Positions 9,491 to 18,437 of a DNA stretch of 64,000 bases are shown one piece after another. A program made the position numbers and the translations under genes. Source of the stretch: a virus; IMG/VR virus record IMGVR_UViG_3300025151_000022, positions 24,236 to 88,235 of that record; one strand, given 5' to 3'. Within the stretch, counting starts at the first letter, position 1, and each line of letters opens with the position of its first letter. Below the pieces are notes generated by a model. That model made no database searches and was not told where the DNA came from. It was given only the letters and a program-made list of their open reading frames with translations.

Positions 9491-10110
9491 TTATCAAAGA
9501 AATTAATTGGATTAAAAAAGAATAGCTGAACTAAACGACCATCAGAAATATCTTTACCAAAATTATAGTTGTGAGAATGCCAGAGATTTGAACGAAATAT
9601 AACCATTCTATTATACTTCATTGGACATAAAAAGTATCTACTCCATAACTTTCTATCAAGACCATCACCATAGACAACTTTTTCCCAATGAGAATTCTTA
9701 GAAGTATATCCATACATTCTAGCTTTTTCATCACTATCAAGTAACTGATCTTGACCAGAAGAATTATGAATCCAAAAAGATGTTCCTCCTTCATCAATGC
9801 ATTGTTCTGGAGTATTTAAATAACAAACTGCCCCAAATTGCCATATAGGATCTACATGAATATCTTGTTTAAACTTATCTTTCTCTAAAGATAAACGAAA
9901 ATAACCATTCTGATCCGCTGGAATAAGTTTTCTACCAAGAATTTCTTCAAATTTATTGTGTATTTCTTTTGTATAGAAATTTGTCTTTGAATTTTTTCCT
10001 GGATATGTATGATTACCTGTAGGGGTTGGATATTGAGAATTTATAGCAGCATCTCGTACTTTTTTTGGATCATCGTAAAAATTATCAATGACTATTATAC
10101 TTCTCTTCAT
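9487..10110 (-). CDS. DUF6445-like 2OG-Fe(II) oxygenase
   Basis: IIVIDNFYDDP, IHVD (HxD), AVCYL, GGTSFW, YNRMVIFRSNLWHS, RLVQLFFF. Confidence 0.75.
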   Translation of the reverse strand: MKRSIIVIDNFYDDPKKVRDAAINSQYPTPTGNHTYPGKNSKTNFYTKEIHNKFEEILGRKLIPADQNGYFRLSLEKDKFKQDIHVDPIWQFGAVCYLNTPEQCIDEGGTSFWIHNSSGQDQLLDSDEKARMYGYTSKNSHWEKVVYGDGLDRKLWSRYFLCPMKYNRMVIFRSNLWHSHNYNFGKDISDGRLVQLFFFNPINFFDK

Positions 10111-10134
10111 AATAATTATGACAAAAAATATTTT

Positions 10135-12789
10135 TTAGACTATAGATCTGCTGTGATACTTAGCGGTCCTTTGTTCTGGTCCTCCCATTCCATTATTTTC
10201 ATTACAAGCTCCATAAACTGCACCACCATAAGTTTGACCCGGACCTCTATCATCTGGTGATGATGAGATATGGTAGATAGTTCCAGTTGTAGTGCCTTGT
10301 TGATACATGTTGCCGTCGTCTTTAAGAATATGGAAAGTATATCCAGTATACCAACTATACGTCCTGTATCCATCATTGTAAAGTCCACTAGAGTTAGTAA
10401 GATTAGCGTAAGCACTGTCCAATGTATCAGTTGAGAACTGTATTCTTCCAATATTACTAACACCATCATGAGCATAAAGCATACCATAAACACCATCAGA
10501 AGTTCTAGTATAACCACCAGAAAAAGAAGCACCTACATTAGGTAAGGCAGAAAAACTTTCTGTTGAGAATGTAAATTTTTGGAAACCACTTGCACCTCTA
10601 ATAAAATAAAGATAATCCATAGTTCCAATAGTATGTCCTGCAAAACTCGAATATCCACTTCCTAGTGTAGTATATGCATGAGTTGGAGTATTGGTTGGAA
10701 TAGTAGAATATGTCTCTGTTGAATATGTAATTTTTTCACAGTCTGTATTGTTTGGATAGTCTCCTTGAATATAAAAGTTTGCATTTGGTGCATTTTCTGT
10801 TCCATTAACGAATCCCCCTAAGACATATCCAGTACTTGTATCTCCACCGTATTGTGATAGACCTTTTTCCCTCGGAAGACTTGAAGATGGAAGGTATGTA
10901 ATTGTGTCTTGAATATAACTTATCTTATGTGTATCGCTTCTCAGTATTCTTCCACTTCTCGCACCAGGATAATCACCAGTATTAACTGGATAGATGTTAT
11001 CGTTCTGTCCACCAACATATTCATCTCCGCCCGATACATATCCCGCTGATCTATTAGATAAAGCTGCTGATGCATAAACTGGCAAAGTTACTGCTGCCTT
11101 TCCTTCTGGGGGATCCGACTTCCATCTATACCATCCATTAGTGCCTGCAGTTCCCGAAGTTAAATTGCCAGTTTTCATCCAACTAGCACCTAACGAAACT
11201 GAAACATTACTGTATCGTGGATTTAATAGCGAAGTGTCAAAATTATTATATGGAGCTGGATTTGTTGCGTTATTAATAAATGTACTTATTTTATAAAGGG
11301 TCATTCCACTTCCTAAAATGTATCCATATGTTGGCCCTCCACTATACAGAAAATCTGGGTCTTCTTCGAGTGTTTCTGTTGGAGGTGTTCCTGGTTGCCC
11401 ATAATAATTTGTCGCAGGACCACGATCAAAAGGTATTTGATAACCACCTTGATATGGTTTTCCTTGTCCAGTTGCCGAAGCAAACGTATTTGTACGTAAA
11501 CCAGTACTAGTTAAAGTACTTACAGTTCCAGTGGAAATATTAAATTTATCTGCAAATCTATCGGATGTACCTGGAGTAGCACTCATTGCATACACAGATG
11601 TCCCAGAACTTGCTGATCTTACATCAAAACCACTTTTATCATCAGCAAAAGTACTACGATTTGCACCAGAAACTACATTCATAGTTTCTGTAGAAAATGA
11701 TATTTTATCAATTTCACTTGAAGCGTTTCTAGTAGAAGAATATTTAAAATCACTACTATCTCTTCCCATAGTGTATGCTTCTGTACTGTTTCCATCCGCA
11801 CCATTAGAAAATGAGGCACTTCTAAATGGACTATTATTTGCTGCATGGGAGACTAGATTTATACTTGGAACTCTAGAACTAGTTTCAGTACTATACGTTA
11901 GTCTGAACATAGCAGAACTGTAATGGTAATGCCATGGACCATGACCAGAATAACTCCGCCATTGACCATAAGTTGGTAAATTTGATTCATCAACATTCTT
12001 ACCAGCAGCTTCTCCACCACCAACATATCCTCTATCTAGGTTTCCAAAACTTAAAAAATACGCTCCCTTATAAGATTCTCCTGTGCTATATCCAGGCAAC
12101 ACTGATTTTGCATCATTAGTATAGTTGATTTTATAATATTGAGAACTTGCATAACCACGTTGATTGGGATATGTGTAGTAATAATTTCTGAACCAAGACT
12201 CCGTTATATAATCATATTTCTTGCCACCTATTATATAACCAGCCTCATTATTACCAATTGTTGATGCTGCATATCTACCTGTACCAAGAGTATTTTCTAG
12301 ACCTTTAGATTTATCAACAAACCCAGCACCAGGGGAAGGATCATAATCTACATAATCTAATGTTACTGATGGAAGAGATGATTGACTATCATTAGAAAAA
12401 GATATTTTCCTTACTACCGCACCATTACCACCTGGCCAATTATCAGCACCGACAGACGTAGGCATAAAATATTCTGTACCACCACAATGATATGCATCTC
12501 TACTGTTTGCTAAAATCCACCTATTTTCGGCATCACTGTCTAATGAAGGCAAAGGTGAAGCAGTTTCAGTGTCAAAGGAAAGTTTGTCAAGATGTGTTTG
12601 TGCTGAAAAAATTCTATCTGAACTTGGAATTGCATAAGAACTACTTGCATCGACAGTAGCACTACGAAATCCATATGCACTTCTGTTTACAGGATTGCCT
12701 TGGTAGTGCCAAACATCAGAATAATCGACCCATTCATCCTTTATCTTTTTTGTTCTTACTCTGGATAATGTGAATATACCCCTTGCCAT
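10135..12789 (-). CDS. Putative tail adhesin with Kelch-like beta-propeller repeats (probably two propellers)
   Basis: 884 aa; about 10 repeats of (K/R)(I/L)(S/T)(F/Y)S(T/N)(E/D)T with GYxxGG motifs, split by a Pro-rich linker GQPGTPPTET. Confidence 0.65.
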   Translation of the reverse strand: MARGIFTLSRVRTKKIKDEWVDYSDVWHYQGNPVNRSAYGFRSATVDASSSYAIPSSDRIFSAQTHLDKLSFDTETASPLPSLDSDAENRWILANSRDAYHCGGTEYFMPTSVGADNWPGGNGAVVRKISFSNDSQSSLPSVTLDYVDYDPSPGAGFVDKSKGLENTLGTGRYAASTIGNNEAGYIIGGKKYDYITESWFRNYYYTYPNQRGYASSQYYKINYTNDAKSVLPGYSTGESYKGAYFLSFGNLDRGYVGGGEAAGKNVDESNLPTYGQWRSYSGHGPWHYHYSSAMFRLTYSTETSSRVPSINLVSHAANNSPFRSASFSNGADGNSTEAYTMGRDSSDFKYSSTRNASSEIDKISFSTETMNVVSGANRSTFADDKSGFDVRSASSGTSVYAMSATPGTSDRFADKFNISTGTVSTLTSTGLRTNTFASATGQGKPYQGGYQIPFDRGPATNYYGQPGTPPTETLEEDPDFLYSGGPTYGYILGSGMTLYKISTFINNATNPAPYNNFDTSLLNPRYSNVSVSLGASWMKTGNLTSGTAGTNGWYRWKSDPPEGKAAVTLPVYASAALSNRSAGYVSGGDEYVGGQNDNIYPVNTGDYPGARSGRILRSDTHKISYIQDTITYLPSSSLPREKGLSQYGGDTSTGYVLGGFVNGTENAPNANFYIQGDYPNNTDCEKITYSTETYSTIPTNTPTHAYTTLGSGYSSFAGHTIGTMDYLYFIRGASGFQKFTFSTESFSALPNVGASFSGGYTRTSDGVYGMLYAHDGVSNIGRIQFSTDTLDSAYANLTNSSGLYNDGYRTYSWYTGYTFHILKDDGNMYQQGTTTGTIYHISSSPDDRGPGQTYGGAVYGACNENNGMGGPEQRTAKYHSRSIV

Positions 12790-12792
12790 GTT

Positions 12793-14367
12793 TTACTCCG
12801 ATGCTAGGATGCCAGAAACTTGAAGATGTATTGATTGTCCTGTAGAGTTTCCTATACCCAATCTCATATTTTCTTCTAATCTCTTTGGTTGTTCAAGAAG
12901 TTCTACTACAGCATATTTTGGAATAATTAAATTTTTAACAATATATATTGGTTTTTCATCTTCTGCTTGGGCAGCAACATAAATGAATCCACGCATATCA
13001 GCTGGGTGATTTGTACACTCATATCTGTATGTTCCTGGAGTTATACTAGTTGTATCCCAAGTTACTGTCGTTGTTCCTGCTCCAGTAACTCCTGTCGTAA
13101 ATCCTGCACCACCGAATGCATCAACAATCGTAAATGGATGACTAGAATGAGTTTCATCCATGTTGAATTTAAGAATATCACCTTGATTTACATTAAAAGA
13201 AGTGTCAGTATTATCAGTTAGTGTGCCATTTCGATCACTTCCTGTAAAATAGTAATCTAAACTTGTAGTAGAAGCTGCAATACTTACTATATTGAACGTT
13301 TGCTGAGGTGACTGTGTATATACCGAGATCAAATGTGGTCCAGTATTAGTTTTATTACATGCACGAATCGACTGTAATACAGTTGGGTTACTTTCTGAGG
13401 TATAAACAGTTTTTGTTTGATTTGAAGTTGCTAAAACACCATCTCCAAGTCCAAATCCAAAATAATTAGTATCATTTTTTTCTTCAATCGTCATATGAAC
13501 GTCAACGGACGTACTGACACCAGACCTATTATAGTCGGTTGATCTCATCACAAGTCTATCTGATGGACCTAGTACAATTGGTTGGGGTAAAACTTCTATA
13601 GCACCACCCGATGAAATTGGTACGTTATATGCAAAATAACTTCTTTCTACACTTGTAGGGTATGATGTATAATCAGCACCATTACTGAGAGTATTACTAC
13701 GGTCGTAATCTATTGCACCAATAATATTTACTTCTGTAGTTCCAGCAGCAACATTACTTGCCATTAGGGAACGTATGATATATCTACTCCCAGTTGGAGC
13801 AGCAGGAGCTACGAAAAGAGTAGCACCAATTCCAGTAAGTACTTCTCTAACACTACTAGAAATACCAGAATTAAAATCTCCTCCTCCAGCACCAGCACCA
13901 CCGACAGTTACTTCTACTGTATCATTTACGATTGCAAAAGTATTACCAGCTCCAAGAAAATTAAATTGAGTGACACCAGTACCAATTAATACTCCACCAG
14001 ATTGAATACCAACGCCAGTTCCTCTAATGCCAATATTTACAGTGCTTCCATCAACTGAAAATGTATTTCCTGCCCCAACAAAGTTTAATTGAGTTATACC
14101 AGCACCAATAGTTGTTCCTTCTGACTGAACACCAACTGCTGTTATGAAGGTAGTTGTCAATCCAGTGAGAGAAGAACCGTCACCAATAAATGATTGAGCA
14201 GTTACAACACCCGATACACTTGCATTACCACTGAAATTTGCATCGGCACCAGAGACTTCTCCACTGCCGCCATCTATTCCTCCCGTTGCAGTTACAATAC
14301 CAGCAAATTGGGCACCGCTTAAAATGTTTGTACTAATTAATTGGGCCTTTGTTTGTTGCTCCGACAT
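12793..14367 (-). CDS. Tail fibre protein with an inserted cupredoxin-like domain
   Basis: 524 aa; GIVTAT/GDGSSLTGL and TQLNFVGAG fibre motifs; HSSHPF...GTYRYECTNHPADMRG. Confidence 0.7.
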   Translation of the reverse strand: MSEQQTKAQLISTNILSGAQFAGIVTATGGIDGGSGEVSGADANFSGNASVSGVVTAQSFIGDGSSLTGLTTTFITAVGVQSEGTTIGAGITQLNFVGAGNTFSVDGSTVNIGIRGTGVGIQSGGVLIGTGVTQFNFLGAGNTFAIVNDTVEVTVGGAGAGGGDFNSGISSSVREVLTGIGATLFVAPAAPTGSRYIIRSLMASNVAAGTTEVNIIGAIDYDRSNTLSNGADYTSYPTSVERSYFAYNVPISSGGAIEVLPQPIVLGPSDRLVMRSTDYNRSGVSTSVDVHMTIEEKNDTNYFGFGLGDGVLATSNQTKTVYTSESNPTVLQSIRACNKTNTGPHLISVYTQSPQQTFNIVSIAASTTSLDYYFTGSDRNGTLTDNTDTSFNVNQGDILKFNMDETHSSHPFTIVDAFGGAGFTTGVTGAGTTTVTWDTTSITPGTYRYECTNHPADMRGFIYVAAQAEDEKPIYIVKNLIIPKYAVVELLEQPKRLEENMRLGIGNSTGQSIHLQVSGILASE

Positions 14368-14391
14368 TATATTTCAATGGATCTTTTTATA

Positions 14392-14399
14392 TATTTATA
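14392..14399 (-). promoter_or_regulatory. T4-type late promoter TATAAATA
   Basis: Exact TATAAATA on the minus strand about 25 nt upstream of the 14367 start. Confidence 0.7.
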
Positions 14400-14400
14400 A

Positions 14401-15138
14401 CTATGAAATATACTCAGAAATTTTATACCTTGTTCTTAGAGTAAAATATTTATTGGGAGTGGAATAGGATCCTGAAACTTCAGTAAATACGAAAATCCCA
14501 AAAATAGATCCGTCACTATCAGTACTTGGACCCGTACCCGTACTTGGTGTTCCATTACCACCTAAATTCCACATACCATTGGTGGACGTAGAAGATGTAT
14601 TTAATACTTGATATTGAGAATTGTGGTCTGACTTCGAAGTTTGTCCGTAACCACTTCTTTCAAAATTAGAATCGGTAGTTGTAATTTCAGCCATAACAGT
14701 TCCAGTGTTAGGATTTTCTATATCTATGTCGTCTATTGCAAAATCACCAGCATAACTTGTTCCAGAAAGATAATAAATATAAAGTACTCCATCAGTTGGC
14801 AATTCAACTAAAATTTCTCCCCATGAAGCTGAACTAGAAGACTGTTGCTGTCCACTGAAGGAGGAAATAGGATTTCCCCCATCTTTACTAAATTCTAGAT
14901 CTTCAGGAGAAGTAGAGAAATCTGGAGCATATCCTAGTGAAAAAGTCCCTATATTGTAACCATATGCATGATAAGGAATTCTTAGTTGATACGCTGCAGC
15001 ACCCGAACTAGCCCTTGGGGGTGATGCTAAACCAGTTCTTCTTGTTGAACGAAAATATTCAGCACGACCTCGGTTAAGTCCTCTTTCAGTAGCCTTTCTT
15101 TTCTGACCTGTTCCCGTCCTAAAACTTTTTACGCCCAT
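14401..15138 (-). CDS. Virion protein with a MAM-like domain (permuted) and basic N-terminus
   Basis: YHAYGYNIG, GDFAIDDIDI and GTPSTGTGPSTD...FVFTEVS are MAM hallmark motifs. Confidence 0.6.
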   Translation of the reverse strand: MGVKSFRTGTGQKRKATERGLNRGRAEYFRSTRRTGLASPPRASSGAAAYQLRIPYHAYGYNIGTFSLGYAPDFSTSPEDLEFSKDGGNPISSFSGQQQSSSSASWGEILVELPTDGVLYIYYLSGTSYAGDFAIDDIDIENPNTGTVMAEITTTDSNFERSGYGQTSKSDHNSQYQVLNTSSTSTNGMWNLGGNGTPSTGTGPSTDSDGSIFGIFVFTEVSGSYSTPNKYFTLRTRYKISEYIS

Positions 15139-15140
15139 GT

Positions 15141-15536
15141 TTAGATGTCTGTATCACCAAGAAGTTGGAAATTAACCACAGTTCCAATTCCAGATCCTCC
15201 GTTAGTTGAAGGTGAAATTTCTACAACTATTTGATCACTACCTGTCATAGTAATTGGATAGTTTGTTTCATAGAAAAATGTTTCACTATCAGCGAGATCA
15301 ACTCTTGCCATTCTATAAGAAGTATTTGCATGAGAAAGAACATTCTCACCGGTTGGATAAAAATAAAGAGAAGTAACAATAGAACCAATTCCTACGTTAT
15401 GCATTACAATTCCTTTGATATAACTCGTACTCGTTACACCAAGAGGAGTTACTGATTGACCTACAGTAAAAATACCAACAGTAGTGACTCCTGCCACCGA
15501 GATTACATCAGTTAATTTTGTCTTTTGAAGAGCCAT
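15141..15536 (-). CDS. Small virion structural protein (fibre-associated beta-sandwich)
   Basis: 131 aa; SYIKGIVMHN...YPITMTGSDQIVV resembles the domain repeated in 12793..14367 (YIIRSLMASN...QPIVLGPSDRLVM). Confidence 0.6.
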   Translation of the reverse strand: MALQKTKLTDVISVAGVTTVGIFTVGQSVTPLGVTSTSYIKGIVMHNVGIGSIVTSLYFYPTGENVLSHANTSYRMARVDLADSETFFYETNYPITMTGSDQIVVEISPSTNGGSGIGTVVNFQLLGDTDI

Positions 15537-15564
15537 CTTATTTTCTAAGTTTTTCTATTATTTA

Positions 15565-16251
15565 TTAAAGAAACAGTGATGCGGTAACATCATTAGCTTC
15601 ACCGACTTGGTTATTGGTAATATCAATAGTAGTATCACCGAGAGCGTTTGATCTAATTGCAAACGTTTGCCCTACACCAATAAAATTTATTTGAGTTGCA
15701 ATACCAACAAAACTACCTGCAGATGAAATTCCAACAGCAGCATTAAACTGAGAACTAACCCCCGTTAATCTATTTCCAAGTCCAGAAAAAGTAACTGCAG
15801 AAACGGTTCCAAGACCACTCCAAGAAGGTCCCCCAGTACTTATTTTTGATGGTGTGACAGCGCCATCAAGAACTGTATCAGTTCTATTTGGAGATGTCCC
15901 CTGTAAACTTAATCCATGAAAAGTAAGACCACTTGCTGGAGGGATATAAAAAGTGACTTCTGCTGGATGTGTATCACTGGTTGTGTATGCTGAATATGGT
16001 TCTTGAGTAATACCACCAACATTTAATAGATACTTCTCTGCTTGTCCAGGAAGTCCAGGAGATCCATTTATATTGATGGGGAAAGTAGTTCTATTTCCAT
16101 CAAATAGATGAGCGATAGTATCAATTTTTTTAATATCTCGTGAAGAACCTTCATAAAAACTTCTCCACTTGGTTCCATCCCAACGGTAAAAGAATTCACC
16201 AGTGAAAAATACTGTTCCTATTCCTGGATTATCTGGAAAATTGAGTCCCAT
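15565..16251 (-). CDS. Tail fibre-associated structural protein
   Basis: 228 aa; LNFPxxP...YRWDGTKW, FDGxRTTF, VGGITQEP and ATQINFIG cyanophage fibre motifs. Confidence 0.7.
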   Translation of the reverse strand: MGLNFPDNPGIGTVFFTGEFFYRWDGTKWRSFYEGSSRDIKKIDTIAHLFDGNRTTFPININGSPGLPGQAEKYLLNVGGITQEPYSAYTTSDTHPAEVTFYIPPASGLTFHGLSLQGTSPNRTDTVLDGAVTPSKISTGGPSWSGLGTVSAVTFSGLGNRLTGVSSQFNAAVGISSAGSFVGIATQINFIGVGQTFAIRSNALGDTTIDITNNQVGEANDVTASLFL

Positions 16252-16269
16252 TATTTCAATACTTTTTTG

Positions 16270-16277
16270 TATTTATA
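16270..16277 (-). promoter_or_regulatory. T4-type late promoter TATAAATA
   Basis: Exact TATAAATA about 19 nt upstream of the 16251 start. Confidence 0.7.
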
Positions 16278-16292
16278 TGGTTTTTACTATTA

Positions 16293-18437
16293 TTAATCGT
16301 AGATTCGTTTTTTACCACCATCAAGAACCATACCAGAGAACTGGACATTCCAAGGTTGTCCAGTATTAGTATCCCAAATTACAAGACGATAATATTCAGT
16401 ACCGTAATACCATGTTGGTTCACTACCATCAACCTTTGGTTTAATTCTGCATGTTCCGACTCCACCTGATATAACTATTTCTCCATCCAAGTTGTTGAAA
16501 TAGAAAGATTGTCCAGGTGCGGGTCCAGGATCTGGTTGATCCCAGTCACCATCAAAAGAGTTTCCATAACTACTACCTTCTTCACTTCTGTTTCTAATTT
16601 GGAAGTAAACAACAGTTCCATCCTGAACTGGTGCGTTAAAGTCGAAATCATATGTAGTTCCTTCATATACAGCAAATCCTGGCGCATTTATCCAGGAAAA
16701 TACTGGTTCAGAAATACCTACAGTTGAACCAGTAGCGACTAGATTAGTTCTTGCGGAATCGGTATATACTTTAATAAAATAATCTTCCCATTCATTATTA
16801 TTATTATCTGGTGCAATAGAAACGTTGACAGTTGCTGTACCTGGAATTCCTAAAATAGAAGTGTCAGCAACAGATACAATAGAAGAACCAGTTGTTGAGG
16901 AAAAGTCTGCAGATGTTGCCCCAGTGTTAGAGTTAACTTCCCAATACAAAGTAGTTCCGGCAAACACATCTGTAGTATTGATAGTTGAAATAGCTACTAC
17001 ATTTTCTGGTGTTGAGAATGGTGATATTATACTATAAGTTGGATCTTGAGAAATGTCAGTGATAGTTACAGATGCAGAATTTGCAACATTATATTGTTCA
17101 CCCAATGAAGAATCTGTATAAAGTGACATATAAAATGTCTCGGAACCTTCAGTAGTTTGATCGTCTATCGCTCGAATAGTAACAGTACCAGTATTATTGT
17201 TAATTGTTACTGATCCATTCATTGCATCAAAGTCTGCAGTTTGACTAGGCATTATAATTTTCCAATATAAAACAGTTCCATCGAATATATCGGTTGTAGT
17301 AACTCCAAAACTAAAATGGGATCCCTCATTAATTGAAGATGGTACATTAGTCCATGTATATGTTGGATCTTCGGATGTATCATTAATTGTAGTTGGGACG
17401 AGTTGAGTGCCCAAAACATATGAAGTTGCTGCCGCACCAGTTCTAGCTACAAGACTAAATGTTTCACTTCCTTCTGTAAGTTGATCTAGAGTTGGTGTTA
17501 ATGTAACTACGTTTGTTCCAGAAGCATCAATTGTAAATGAACCTGACATAGATGTATCAAAATCTGCAGCAGTTGAAACTCCAGATACGGCATAATATAC
17601 AGTATATCCAATTGGAGCACCAGTTGTGGTAAATGTGAAATCTATATTACTTCCTTCATCTACAGATGGGGCACTTGGTAAGATGTCAACTTCTGGATAA
17701 TCTGTTGTATCATTAATTTGAATACTTTCCGAAGTTGTATATATTCCTCCAGTGTATCCCCCAGCTCTGATATTAATTACAAATAATTCTGTGCCTTCTG
17801 TGATATAATCAGGCTCTATATTAATAGTTGTTGTTGATGACGCAACACCTCCCCCACTTGCTCCATCAAGAGAAACTATTCCATATGACACTGTTACAAA
17901 ATCATCATCATCAAGATTAGCACCAAGAGCACCACTGCCATCAAATGTATAATATACTATACCAGGTACTGGTTTGTTAGTAGTGACATCAAATGTAAAA
18001 GAACTTCCCTCATCTACCGATGTAGAAGAAGGCGTGACAGTGTAAACTGGATCTTGAGATGAATCGGATATTACAACAGTTCGTTGAGCTACAATTTGAC
18101 CAGTAATACTTCCCCTGCGAAGAGAAATTGTAACGGTTTCAAATCCTTCAGTAAAATAATCTTCTGTAGTTGTAAATGAAAAAGATCCTGAATCGTTATT
18201 AATAGTAAAATTACCAAATGTGGAGTTTTCGACGAAATCAAATTGAGTTACATTTACCCCAGTCAATGTGTAATATAATACAGTTCCATCTAAAATGTTA
18301 GTAGTCGTAATATCAAAAGTTACTGTTTGATCTGTTGTTTCATCTAGAGAAGTTCTAGATGCAGTCATGTCAAAAGTAGGACTTGGTGGTGTTCTACCAG
18401 CAGCGTTTCCAGAAGTAGCAGATGCGATAATAGGCAT
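16293..18437 (-). CDS. Virion protein with about 6 tandem Calx-beta/Ig-like repeats
   Basis: 714 aa; ~110-aa repeats S(V/I)(D/N)EG...GTVLY(Y/W)...D(F)...TEGxETF...I(N/S)D(T/S). Confidence 0.75.
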   Translation of the reverse strand: MPIIASATSGNAAGRTPPSPTFDMTASRTSLDETTDQTVTFDITTTNILDGTVLYYTLTGVNVTQFDFVENSTFGNFTINNDSGSFSFTTTEDYFTEGFETVTISLRRGSITGQIVAQRTVVISDSSQDPVYTVTPSSTSVDEGSSFTFDVTTNKPVPGIVYYTFDGSGALGANLDDDDFVTVSYGIVSLDGASGGGVASSTTTINIEPDYITEGTELFVINIRAGGYTGGIYTTSESIQINDTTDYPEVDILPSAPSVDEGSNIDFTFTTTGAPIGYTVYYAVSGVSTAADFDTSMSGSFTIDASGTNVVTLTPTLDQLTEGSETFSLVARTGAAATSYVLGTQLVPTTINDTSEDPTYTWTNVPSSINEGSHFSFGVTTTDIFDGTVLYWKIIMPSQTADFDAMNGSVTINNNTGTVTIRAIDDQTTEGSETFYMSLYTDSSLGEQYNVANSASVTITDISQDPTYSIISPFSTPENVVAISTINTTDVFAGTTLYWEVNSNTGATSADFSSTTGSSIVSVADTSILGIPGTATVNVSIAPDNNNNEWEDYFIKVYTDSARTNLVATGSTVGISEPVFSWINAPGFAVYEGTTYDFDFNAPVQDGTVVYFQIRNRSEEGSSYGNSFDGDWDQPDPGPAPGQSFYFNNLDGEIVISGGVGTCRIKPKVDGSEPTWYYGTEYYRLVIWDTNTGQPWNVQFSGMVLDGGKKRIYD

